Source: a bacterium (GTDB taxonomy: Bacteria > JAMCPX01). Taken from it: DNA of 28,605 bases. The notes beneath the pieces were generated by a model. That model did no database searches. It had not been told where the DNA came from and saw only the letters and a list, made by a program, of their open reading frames with translations. The stretch lies in NCBI GenBank assembly GCA_021815065.1, contig JAKAHI010000001.1, positions 1-28,605 on the forward strand, written 5' to 3'. Positions 1-7,893 of this stretch are shown one piece after another. The stretch's first letter is position 1. The number at the start of each line of letters is the position of its first letter. A program made the position numbers and the translations under genes.

Positions 1-1511
1 CTCGACGTACGCATGCAAAAGAGTTTCAGCGCCTCATCGGATGTTTTACGTATCTCTATACGGTCCTTTGCCCACAACTCATCAGGAGACATCCCTTGAA
101 GGACTTTCCCTTTTGATGGCACCCTATTAAGGATAGAAAGAATGAACTGGTCCATGAGCCGCACGTATTCATCCCATGCCATAATTTTACCTGTCTTGAT
201 TTCCTGTTCGAGTATTTCCGGTCGTTCAGTAACGTCGCCGCCCCGGTATCCCTGCTGATGTTTTGAGAACCATTCTTTGTTTTTAAGGAATGTGCGCTCA
301 ATGATTTTTGCCTGGGCATTATAAGGAAGGCTGAAATGAGGAAGGATGTTGAGGTTTGAAAGCATAGCGGTTGTTTTAGATTCATTGAGAGAAATTTTAG
401 TAAACCGCTGTCTCCCTCCGGCAAAATCCTTTGAGCGGTAGTCTTTGCCATTATCTATATATACATCCGTAGGCAGTCCGTGGGTTTTAACTGCATAATA
501 GAAACTCTGGAATATATGATCGGAATTCGGAGATTCTGCATGGTGCAGCCAGCCCAGCCACTTTTGCGATTTAAAATCACACCAGACGGTGATCCATGGG
601 AAGCAGACTTTCCCGGTTGGCAATTTAACCGCGACATCAACCTGGGCGTGGTCGGAAACATAACATTCTCCGGCTTTAATGGTTGAATAATCGCGCGGTA
701 TGTAGTTTGCAAACTTTCTATTCCACGCATCGTGGCCGTGACGCGCAAGATATACGGATTCTTTCGGCACCTCTCGTTCCAGACGCCTCAAAAAGGTGTA
801 TGGTGCCGGGAAATCGGAAGCGTTAAATGCCGCGTCGATGCTCTTGGCAAAGCCGAGCGTGTTATACCAGCAACTCTGTAAACTCGGAGAGCCTTCTTTG
901 AGGTATAGGCTTTTAAAATGTTCAAAATGAATATTCTGCACAACGGTTGCACCGGAATTTTTTCCATATCCAGGCCTCAGACCGGAAATCCCTTCATTGA
1001 GCCGTTTTTCTCGCATCTGAACAATCCTGCTGTACGATGCCTGTTCTGCCGGGTTGGCTTCATTCCACTGCACAGTAAACTGTTTCAATTCATTACCTAT
1101 CATGCCCGCACTGGCGTTTAAGATACGTGTCCACTTGTCCACATATTCTCTTTCCCAAGCCGCCAAGTTGGAATAGATGATTGCGTCAATCTCGGCATCA
1201 GGAAGTTGTTGTGGCAAAGAAGGGGCGAGGGTGTTGCTTCCCTGCGCCCCAGGGGTAACAGGCATATTCTCAGTTGCGGCGATTTGCCCATCTGCTTTCA
1301 GGCTATCATCCGAAACGGATTGTAAATATTGCGCACGTTCTTCCGGGGAAATATATTCATCGTATAGATCGATGCCGTATGCTTTACCTCCAAACCCCAC
1401 AATGCTTTTTACCGCCTTGCATTTGCCGTTTCTTATTGCCCTTAAAACATTACAACGATTTATGCCTTTTATCTCTGCAACCTGTGGGACGGTGAGACGG
1501 GTAGGATTCAT
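1..1511 (-). CDS. Mu-type DDE transposase (MuA-like), N-terminal 503 codons; runs off the window
   Basis: Manual translation from ATG 1511 (GAGGA SD) is open to position 3: MNPTRLTVPQVAEIKGINRCNVLRAIRNGK (HTH-like) ... YVSDHAQVD ... VYIDNGKDYRS ... PYNAQAKIIERTF (D, D, E triad in Mu-transposase context). Absent from the ORF track because there is no stop in the window. Confidence 0.93.
   Translation of the reverse strand, partial: MNPTRLTVPQVAEIKGINRCNVLRAIRNGKCKAVKSIVGFGGKAYGIDLYDEYISPEERAQYLQSVSDDSLKADGQIAATENMPVTPGAQGSNTLAPSLPQQLPDAEIDAIIYSNLAAWEREYVDKWTRILNASAGMIGNELKQFTVQWNEANPAEQASYSRIVQMREKRLNEGISGLRPGYGKNSGATVVQNIHFEHFKSLYLKEGSPSLQSCWYNTLGFAKSIDAAFNASDFPAPYTFLRRLEREVPKESVYLARHGHDAWNRKFANYIPRDYSTIKAGECYVSDHAQVDVAVKLPTGKVCFPWITVWCDFKSQKWLGWLHHAESPNSDHIFQSFYYAVKTHGLPTDVYIDNGKDYRSKDFAGGRQRFTKISLNESKTTAMLSNLNILPHFSLPYNAQAKIIERTFLKNKEWFSKHQQGYRGGDVTERPEILEQEIKTGKIMAWDEYVRLMDQFILSILNRVPSKGKVLQGMSPDELWAKDRIEIRKTSDEALKLFCMRTS
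1216..1260. repeat. 45-bp direct repeat copy 1 (inside transposase gene)
   Basis: aaagaaggggcgagggtgttgcttccctgcgccccaggggtaaca; 37/45 identical to 1671-1715. Confidence 0.9.
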
Positions 1512-1738
1512 ATTATCCTCTTCTCATTATGCTCTACGCATTTTGTTAATATATTGATTGTCGGTGTTACAATCTTATCCCATTCCTTGGATGTAAAAAA
1601 TTCCCGACTATTTAAAAGAGCCTCTCTTGCGTCATAAACAAAATACAACGAAGGTGTGAGGGGGATAGTTAAAGAAGGGGCGAGGGTAATGCTTACCGCT
1701 ATCCCAGGGGTAACACGTCTGTTCTTCTTAGATTTCAT
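1508..1738 (-). CDS. Hypothetical early protein (76 aa)
   Basis: GGGAG upstream; its TGA overlaps the transposase ATG (ATGA), implying translational coupling. Confidence 0.65.
   Translation of the reverse strand: MKSKKNRRVTPGIAVSITLAPSLTIPLTPSLYFVYDAREALLNSREFFTSKEWDKIVTPTINILTKCVEHNEKRII
1671..1715. repeat. 45-bp direct repeat copy 2 (inside 76-aa ORF)
   Basis: aaagaaggggcgagggtaatgcttaccgctatcccaggggtaaca; 37/45 identical to 1216-1260. Confidence 0.9.
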
Positions 1739-1741
1739 AAG

Positions 1742-1822
1742 CTATAAACTCCCTTTCAGAGCATTTTCTATAAGCTTTTTCTTTTTCGAGAGCTCTTTTA
1801 ATTGTTCGTAGGGACAGCACAT
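1742..1822 (-). CDS. Putative 26-aa micro-protein (MCCPYEQLKELSKKKKLIENALKGSL)
   Basis: AAGGAG 8 nt upstream of ATG; fills the gap between two co-oriented ORFs almost exactly; below the ORF-track size cutoff. Confidence 0.4.
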   Translation of the reverse strand: MCCPYEQLKELSKKKKLIENALKGSL

Positions 1823-1826
1823 CTAT

Positions 1827-2159
1827 TTACTCCTTGTCATTCTGAAAATATTCGCATGTTTTGCAGTCTCGGTGATTATGACAATCCATATGTGGGGCTG
1901 GGGTTAAAAGGGGATCTTCGTATTCTTTGCAGTAGGAAGGCACTTCAGGGTATACATAAGCCTTTAAAAAATAATTAGCATCTGAGGATGTGCCTTTGAT
2001 TGTTATTTTATACACATCCGAAGGAAACTTTTTAAAGAGTTTTTTTATACCGAAAGTCAGAACACTTCTGCGAACTACAGTGCCCCGTAAAGCATCTTCA
2101 ATGTCTGTTTTTTTGGATGATTCATATTTTACATTCTCAACAATTATTTTTCTTCCCAT
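1827..2159 (-). CDS. Hypothetical early protein (110 aa) with C-terminal Cys/His cluster (CHNHRDCKTC)
   Basis: Strong SD (AAGGAGG) and position in the ner-transposase operon. Confidence 0.7.
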   Translation of the reverse strand: MGRKIIVENVKYESSKKTDIEDALRGTVVRRSVLTFGIKKLFKKFPSDVYKITIKGTSSDANYFLKAYVYPEVPSYCKEYEDPLLTPAPHMDCHNHRDCKTCEYFQNDKE

Positions 2160-2174
2160 ACCTGTTACCTCCTT

Positions 2175-2381
2175 TTATTTTTCATCTTTCCAAATTTTGC
2201 GATAGGGAATATTGAGCGAGGATGCTATGGCAGTGCGAAGTCTTCTGCTTTTTATTAATCCATGGATTGTTTGTGTTATGGCAGACCTGTTAACCTTAAC
2301 CCTACGTGCAATTTCCGCCGCCGAGATGTCCTTACGTATCATTTGTATCTTTATTTTCTTTATGCTATTTATACTTAACAT
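2175..2381 (-). CDS. Ner/Cro-like HTH regulator (68 aa)
   Basis: Basic small HTH (ISAAEIARRVKVNRSAITQTIHG), divergent from the repressor, first gene of the transposase operon. Confidence 0.85.
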   Translation of the reverse strand: MLSINSIKKIKIQMIRKDISAAEIARRVKVNRSAITQTIHGLIKSRRLRTAIASSLNIPYRKIWKDEK

Positions 2382-2454
2382 GATAATTCCTGCTGGTTAT
2401 ATATGTGCCATATTGTATATATATTTGTCAAGAACTATTTAAGGGGTTATATTT
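2382..2454. promoter_or_regulatory. Divergent CI/Ner control region
   Basis: 73-bp AT-rich spacer between divergent regulators; TTGACA on the minus strand; short palindrome atatg-tgc-catat at 2401-2413. No clean -35/-10 pair was found. Confidence 0.55.
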
Positions 2455-3129
2455 ATGACTGAAAATAAGGCCATTAATGAGAAAAGTCTGGCTTTCAGAT
2501 TACGTGTAGCGCGATACATGAGACATATCGGGCAAACTGAATTAGCTGAAAAATTAGGTATAACCTATACGACTTTGAGTAGGTATGAGCAAGGACACCG
2601 CGTTCCGCCGGCAAATTTAATAGAGCGCATTGCTAAAGAGCTTAAAGTTGAACCCGGCTGGTTATTCGCCGGCGAGAGTGAAAGAGAAAGGTATGTTAAG
2701 GAAAACTTTGAAGATGAAGGATATGTTTTTATTAGGAAAGTAGCAGGTAAAAGTTCGGCTGGCCCGGGGCGTTTCGCCGACAATATTATTGAATCCCGAT
2801 TTGCTTTCAAACGTGATTGGATCCAACGTAGGGGCAATCCAGAACATATGCTCTTGATTGCAGTGGAAGGGGATAGCATGAATCCTACTCTGCAAACATC
2901 AGACTTTATTTTGGTAAATTGCGATCGAAATAAGATAGAACCTAATGGCGGCATCTACGCGATTGCAATTGATGACCATATTATGGTAAAGAGGCTACAG
3001 GTACTTTGGTCAGCGAAGAAGGTGCAGGTTATTAGTGATAATCCAAAATACAAAACGTTTGAGATTGAGGAGAATAAAATTAACATCAATGGGAAGGTCA
3101 TCTGGGTTGGGCATGAGATAGATAAATAA
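2455..3129 (+). CDS. CI-type repressor, XRE HTH plus S24 peptidase domain
   Basis: N-terminal IGQTELAEKLGITYTTLSRYEQG HTH; C-terminal VEGDSMNP (Ser) and MVKRL (Lys) S24 dyad. Confidence 0.95.
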   Translation: MTENKAINEKSLAFRLRVARYMRHIGQTELAEKLGITYTTLSRYEQGHRVPPANLIERIAKELKVEPGWLFAGESERERYVKENFEDEGYVFIRKVAGKSSAGPGRFADNIIESRFAFKRDWIQRRGNPEHMLLIAVEGDSMNPTLQTSDFILVNCDRNKIEPNGGIYAIAIDDHIMVKRLQVLWSAKKVQVISDNPKYKTFEIEENKININGKVIWVGHEIDK

Positions 3130-3142
3130 GAGGAGGGAACTC

Positions 3143-3838
3143 ATGGGAACAGTGATGTTATTAATTGTAATAGGAACATCCCTTTGGGTGTTATATGACG
3201 CCAAAAAAATCGGCGTTAAGAAAGGTCAAATAAAAGGTCTCGCAAATATGGGACCATGGGGATGGTTTTTTGCCACACTTCTCATTTGGATTGTCGGCTT
3301 TCCCCTCTACATAACAAAAAGAGGAGAATTTAAAAAAGTGAATAGCGTCTTTACGAGACCATCCACTATGCAGACAAGCGTCGGGATGAAAGTTCTTAAA
3401 GGTTTTGGACTCTTTGCGGGCATAATTGCTGCTGTAGTTGTAATAACCGCAATAGCAGCATGGTGGAACAATCAAAATTCCGTACCAAGCAATTCAGCGC
3501 CGACTATCGCCGATACCACGCCTGTAATAAAAACAAGTGCCCTTAAAATTCTTACAGATTATCATGCGAACGAGATTGCAGCTGACGAAAAATATAAAAA
3601 CAAAATAGTTCAGATTTCAGGTTATATTTACAGTATAGAAAAGGATATGCTTAATAAACCATTTTTAACTATAGGGGTAGGAGAAGCGGATGAAGCATAT
3701 TTTGTTCACGCATCTTTTAATAATAAATATCAGTCATTGCTTGCAAGACTACAAAGAGGGCAAAAAATTATAATAAAATGCACAATCAATGGATTAATAT
3801 TGGGGGATGTTCAGGGAGAAGATTGTTCCATCCCCTAA
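3143..3838 (+). CDS. Membrane-anchored accessory protein with probable OB-fold (tRNA_anti-like) C-terminal domain
   Basis: Three hydrophobic segments, then ILTDYHANEIAADEKYKNKIVQISGYIYSI, typical of tRNA_anti-like proteins; strong SD; AT-richer than neighbours. Confidence 0.7.
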   Translation: MGTVMLLIVIGTSLWVLYDAKKIGVKKGQIKGLANMGPWGWFFATLLIWIVGFPLYITKRGEFKKVNSVFTRPSTMQTSVGMKVLKGFGLFAGIIAAVVVITAIAAWWNNQNSVPSNSAPTIADTTPVIKTSALKILTDYHANEIAADEKYKNKIVQISGYIYSIEKDMLNKPFLTIGVGEADEAYFVHASFNNKYQSLLARLQRGQKIIIKCTINGLILGDVQGEDCSIP

Positions 3839-4290
3839 TCCACTTTTAACGATGCTTCAATAGCCTCTATAATCTCGTTTAAATCGTCATTATCCAGGGC
3901 GAGGAAGGGACGCGCAGGAATGCGGGCACTCTGGTTTCTGCCGGCCAGTCCTCCGAACTGTTGGATAGCCGCCTGAACTTTATTTGTTCCTACCGATGCA
4001 TTATTGGCATCGTATTCAGCGGTCGGAGAAGAAGCAAGTGAGCCGGTGCGCCGGAGTATTTGTCCAGGCCAGTGACCTTGTTTTTCCCGTTGCTTAATTG
4101 TTGAGAGCGCAAGAGGCTGCCAGTGGTCCGGGCGCCCTTCCTTTTCAAAATTCTCTTCCACCGCATCCGCCATGATGCCGGAGATCTTGCGCATGACGGG
4201 CGTCATGTCCTTGCCTGTTGCCTCCAGCTGCTTGAGGAGCTTCACAACCGCACGGTCGTCAATGTGTACGTATATGGAAGATTCACTCAT
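3835..4290 (-). CDS. Virion morphogenesis protein (Mu gpG/gp31-like)
   Basis: NFEKEGRPDHWQPL, ILRRTGSL, QFGG and IPARPFLAL motifs; directly follows MuF. Confidence 0.92.
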   Translation of the reverse strand: MSESSIYVHIDDRAVVKLLKQLEATGKDMTPVMRKISGIMADAVEENFEKEGRPDHWQPLALSTIKQREKQGHWPGQILRRTGSLASSPTAEYDANNASVGTNKVQAAIQQFGGLAGRNQSARIPARPFLALDNDDLNEIIEAIEASLKVD

Positions 4291-4293
4291 AAT

Positions 4294-4332
4294 ACACCCC
4301 GTCCTTCAACCCCCTCTCTTTTTAGAGGGGAA
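4294..4332. repeat. GC-rich palindromic repeat, half copy A
   Basis: acaccccgtccttcaaccccctctctttttagaggggaa with internal hairpin cccctct/agagggg; resembles 5698-5730 and 6131-6210. Confidence 0.6.
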
Positions 4333-4348
4333 AAGAATAGGATGTTTC

Positions 4349-5695
4349 TTAAAGTGTTTTTTTGTTCTTCGGCCACAATAACGTCCCGGTCCTTTGTTTA
4401 TCGAGATCATCTAAGTTTTTAGGATTATAGGTCGTTGTTCCCTGCCATGTACCGTCTATGTTATCGAATACCGCAAAGCCGCCGATTTTTCCTGTCTCTG
4501 TTTTATATATGCCGATATAGCGTTTACACAATTGCTGCTTTCCGTCTTTACCTTCAACCCATGTAATCCATATTTCCGTAGGATGCTGGATCGTATCTGC
4601 GAGCATCGGCAAATACTGATCATGATCTGCTTTTAATGCTTTTGCCGCACCCTTGGCGCTGTCTTTGAAGAGGTCTCCCGAGATTACCATCGGGTCACCG
4701 ATTGCATCGGTAAATATGGCCGGCTTTTCAAGTGTTGCGCCAAACTTGGCGAGGAATAAACTTACGTAAGCATCTTTCTCCCGGTCACCTATCTGGTGGG
4801 ATGGAAAAGTCAAAGCAGGAGTAAGTATCCGAACGGGCAGATCGCCGATTGCCGGCTTTTTGTATGTGATGCCGCCGATTTCTTTATACGGGGCGGTGCT
4901 TGGCTTTAATGTCAGCGGATTCGTATCGTCTGCACCCGGGCAATAACTCCAGCCTTTGTCCGGAGCGATGTCCATGCCGGTAACAGGATCATGGTATGTT
5001 GTTACAGGGACCATCTCGTTTGTGGAGTTATTCAGCGGTTCATAGGTTGTCGTGAGTTTTCCCTGTGAGGATTCTACCGGCGCGCCGGAGCGTTTCAATG
5101 CAGTTTCGCTCAGGGTCCGCACCCTGCAACGACAATTAAATCCATTCGGAGGGTAGTGTGTTTTCCAGAAAGGATCGTCGCTTCTAAAAACCTTTCCGTT
5201 CAATGCGGCATGTGCCGGGCGCGTCTTCGCATCCATAACCGCAACATATTCCCAGTACGGTCTGTCTGCCACCATATCCATCTGCTGTTTATATCTGCCC
5301 GCCATGTATGCGGTCTGCATATTCGTCTGGTAGATCGTGTTGAGCCGCGCCGGGCTGCCCAGTTGCACTTCAGTCGCACCTTGGGTCTTCCCGGTGGGCC
5401 CCGTGGTGCCTACGAGCTTTCTTCCCCACCAGCCTTTTGCCTGGAGTTTTGGTGTCAGGTCTTTTTTAAATTGTTGGAATGTTTGTCCATCGGTTAATGA
5501 TTTTTGCACTGCATCATGGATGTCCTGCAGCACATCCATCCGCATAGCTTTTGCAACCGTAAAAGCCTTATTATGCGCATCCTGCCACACGTCGTGCCAG
5601 TCCCATGAGAAGGCATATCCTTTTGATTTAAAGTATTCGATTGCCTTCTCTGGCGCGAGGCCGATGGCATAATTGAGGTCAACAGGCTTAGGCAC
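4349..5695 (-). CDS. MuF (Mu gp30/SPP1 gp7-like) minor head protein with C-terminal PBECR2-like nuclease extension
   Basis: GTG start; AFTVAK, YQTNMQTAY, D-x-x-TRPAH, HYPPNGFNCRC MuF motifs; extra ~190 aa with LADTIQHPTEIW...KRYI...WQGTTTY...QRTGTLLW. Confidence 0.88.
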   Translation of the reverse strand: MPKPVDLNYAIGLAPEKAIEYFKSKGYAFSWDWHDVWQDAHNKAFTVAKAMRMDVLQDIHDAVQKSLTDGQTFQQFKKDLTPKLQAKGWWGRKLVGTTGPTGKTQGATEVQLGSPARLNTIYQTNMQTAYMAGRYKQQMDMVADRPYWEYVAVMDAKTRPAHAALNGKVFRSDDPFWKTHYPPNGFNCRCRVRTLSETALKRSGAPVESSQGKLTTTYEPLNNSTNEMVPVTTYHDPVTGMDIAPDKGWSYCPGADDTNPLTLKPSTAPYKEIGGITYKKPAIGDLPVRILTPALTFPSHQIGDREKDAYVSLFLAKFGATLEKPAIFTDAIGDPMVISGDLFKDSAKGAAKALKADHDQYLPMLADTIQHPTEIWITWVEGKDGKQQLCKRYIGIYKTETGKIGGFAVFDNIDGTWQGTTTYNPKNLDDLDKQRTGTLLWPKNKKTL

Positions 5696-5697
5696 AG

Positions 5698-5730
5698 ATA
5701 ACCCCCTTAATCCCCCTTATCAGAGGGAGA
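5698..5730. repeat. GC-rich palindromic repeat, half copy B
   Basis: ataacccccttaatcccccttatcagagggaga; aligns with the left arm of 6131-6210. Confidence 0.75.
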
Positions 5731-5733
5731 TAA

Positions 5734-6111
5734 TTAGGAGATGTCTTTGTCACCGGCGGCCTTGGATTTGAGGTAAGGGTAAATGAATATGTAGTCTATA
5801 AACACAGCAACCAGAAACCCGATCAGAGCGGCAAAGAAATTGTGCCAGTATAAACTTGCCAGCACAAACGCCCACGGGCCGAGAAAAAATATCACCCCGA
5901 ATGCGATCCAGTACATTAACGGCCTGAGAATAAAAGCCATTCCGGTATCGAGAATATCGGCGATCTCCGGGTGTGCAGGCCGGAGTTTGGTTTTTATGTA
6001 GACATATTCATTGAGAGTCTTCCCGGAAATGTCTTCAATGAACCTGGCCATTATTTCCAGCCAGACGCCGCGCCATGCGGCTGTGCAGAATGTGAGAATT
6101 TTTTTAAACAT
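5734..6111 (-). CDS. Small membrane protein (125 aa) inserted between portal and MuF
   Basis: Strong SD (AAGGAG); two long hydrophobic segments in the C-terminal half. Confidence 0.75.
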   Translation of the reverse strand: MFKKILTFCTAAWRGVWLEIMARFIEDISGKTLNEYVYIKTKLRPAHPEIADILDTGMAFILRPLMYWIAFGVIFFLGPWAFVLASLYWHNFFAALIGFLVAVFIDYIFIYPYLKSKAAGDKDIS

Positions 6112-6130
6112 AATTTATCTCCTTTTTTTT

Positions 6131-6210
6131 AAATCCCCCTTCATCCCCCTTTTCCAAAGGGGAAAGTTCAAAGTTCCCCTCTTTGATAAAGCGGGGATAG
6201 GGGAGATTTT
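6131..6210. repeat. GC-rich palindromic repeat, full copy C (two imperfect inverted arms, each with an internal hairpin)
   Basis: Left arm aaatcccccttcatcccccttttccaaaggggaa (6131-6164) is an imperfect reverse complement of ttcccctctttgataaagcggggataggggagatttt (6174-6210). Confidence 0.85.
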
Positions 6211-6214
6211 AGAT

Positions 6215-7726
6215 TTACTTGTTTGCATGGAGGCGACCCCAGAGTTCAGACACAAAGATTGCACGCTCGAGCATCTGCTGGATTGCGTCGGTACTCATGT
6301 CCGGATAGGCGTTGGTAAGCGTCTCAAGGATGGTGTTGTAATCTTTTCCGTTCTGAATCATATCAATAACCGGCTTCAAAACGCCCTGCATCTGGTCCTG
6401 CATGTCCTGCGGCGTCATGGAATTAACCGCATCGTCTATTGCCTTCTGGTCCGGGAAGGTATGCGCGGGCGCCCCTGGATCATTTTCCGAGAAACTCGGT
6501 GCCTGCGGCATCTGCTGGGATTTCGGAGCTCCGACTTCCTCTATATCATCATCCTCAAACCCGTACGCCTTCTGGAAGTATACTTTCGTAAACTTCACTC
6601 CGGCATCGCTCAAGGTTTTATCTCTCGCAGCCTTCTCGCTGTCGACATCCTCGTCTGCCCACATAGACCATATCGGCCGCTCTGTATCCGCGAAATTAAG
6701 CTCGCATGTCCAGTCTATGAGCTTATTAAATGTCTGCTCGACAATATTCCTGTCCGCCTCAATAACCTCGTCACGCACCGTGAGATGTGTCTTTGCAGCA
6801 GCGAGCGAGCCGGTCGAGGTAAGCTCGGTCGTGAGGGTCTGGCCGAGGGTTGCCTTTGAAATTTCGGCATTGCATACTTCAATGAGCTTTGAGTATATTT
6901 CCGCAGATGCGCCCTTGCCGGCGGCCTCATGGATCTCTACTGTGGAATCGTCCGGTATAACGGCAACCGCATCCTGCACCATGTCGTTGAGTTTTTCGAG
7001 AAACGCAGAAGTCTCCTGCTCACTCAATCCCCGCGGGTGTTTGCCTACGAGCCACGCTCCTCCGTATTTCTCAGTGAAGATGACCCAGAACTTAAATCCG
7101 CCTTTTTTGAATGCTACAGGCCAGAAGCACTTCGAGAGGATCCTATCACCGTACGGGTTGTTATATTCCGGGTTGTACTGCGGCACCAGAAACTTTTTAT
7201 CCGGCACAGGTTCACCAAGGAAGTTTTGTTTGGTACGGAATAAAAATGCATTGTCGACTGCTCCGAAAACAAACCACTCCGGAGGCTTTGCAATGACATC
7301 AACCGGCAATATGTAGTCTCCCACTTTTCCCCAGATAACTTCAAGCGGCTGGAATCCGTACAGCGGGGTATTGAGAATCTGAGTGAGGATGCTTCGCATA
7401 TCGAGCTTTTGGAATACGCCCTGTATGACCTTTGTAACCTTTGATGCAGATTTGCCCCGGTCAACACCCCAGTTCAGACTCAAGACTCCCGCCTTGCGGG
7501 ACATGATGCATGCGGTAACATGCGAGTCCGAGAGGAGTTGGCGGTATACCCGGATGTCTTTGCCTTCCCTTCGCAGTACCGGATCCGGGTCCGGTAGGTA
7601 CATGCCAAGCGAATAAAAATCGATCGCACGGTTCCTTGTGGCGATCTCGCTGGTCAATGAGCCGGATGCGGCAGGAAATTCCACAAAATCGTGCTCAGAA
7701 GTCCATAATTTTAAGTTTTTTGCCAT
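6215..7726 (-). CDS. Portal protein (Mu gp29/DUF935-like)
   Basis: 503 aa; DSHVTACIMSRK, FWVIFTEKYG, ISKATLGQTLTTE motifs; follows the terminase. Confidence 0.95.
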   Translation of the reverse strand: MAKNLKLWTSEHDFVEFPAASGSLTSEIATRNRAIDFYSLGMYLPDPDPVLRREGKDIRVYRQLLSDSHVTACIMSRKAGVLSLNWGVDRGKSASKVTKVIQGVFQKLDMRSILTQILNTPLYGFQPLEVIWGKVGDYILPVDVIAKPPEWFVFGAVDNAFLFRTKQNFLGEPVPDKKFLVPQYNPEYNNPYGDRILSKCFWPVAFKKGGFKFWVIFTEKYGGAWLVGKHPRGLSEQETSAFLEKLNDMVQDAVAVIPDDSTVEIHEAAGKGASAEIYSKLIEVCNAEISKATLGQTLTTELTSTGSLAAAKTHLTVRDEVIEADRNIVEQTFNKLIDWTCELNFADTERPIWSMWADEDVDSEKAARDKTLSDAGVKFTKVYFQKAYGFEDDDIEEVGAPKSQQMPQAPSFSENDPGAPAHTFPDQKAIDDAVNSMTPQDMQDQMQGVLKPVIDMIQNGKDYNTILETLTNAYPDMSTDAIQQMLERAIFVSELWGRLHANK

Positions 7727-7893
7727 AATGCCTCCTAAACGAGACCACGGATCCCTTCAACTCGACCCGTTTATTGCTTTTATTAACGCCAAGACCGTGT
7801 TTAAAAACTACGATCTTACCCCCAAAAACAAGTGAACAACCCAAGATATGCATTTCCAAATATCGTCCCCGCAAAGGGCATCTTGAGAGTCGT

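Noticed and set aside
704-715. 12-bp palindrome agtttgcaaact sharing the gcaaact core of the end repeats
   Set aside because: Inside transposase coding sequence; a match this short is expected by chance in 28 kb.
56-1557. Track ORFs 56-451, 455-748, 480-686, 918-1121, 1177-1557, 1274-1495
   Set aside because: Alternative-frame or antisense shadows of the transposase; no motifs or SDs.
1895-1905. ggggctggggt as a third copy of the 45-bp repeat
   Set aside because: Only a short G-rich similarity; flanks do not align.
6011-7316. Long antisense ORFs (282 aa, 304 aa) opposite the portal
   Set aside because: Ser/Arg-rich shadow-frame composition, no SD or motifs.
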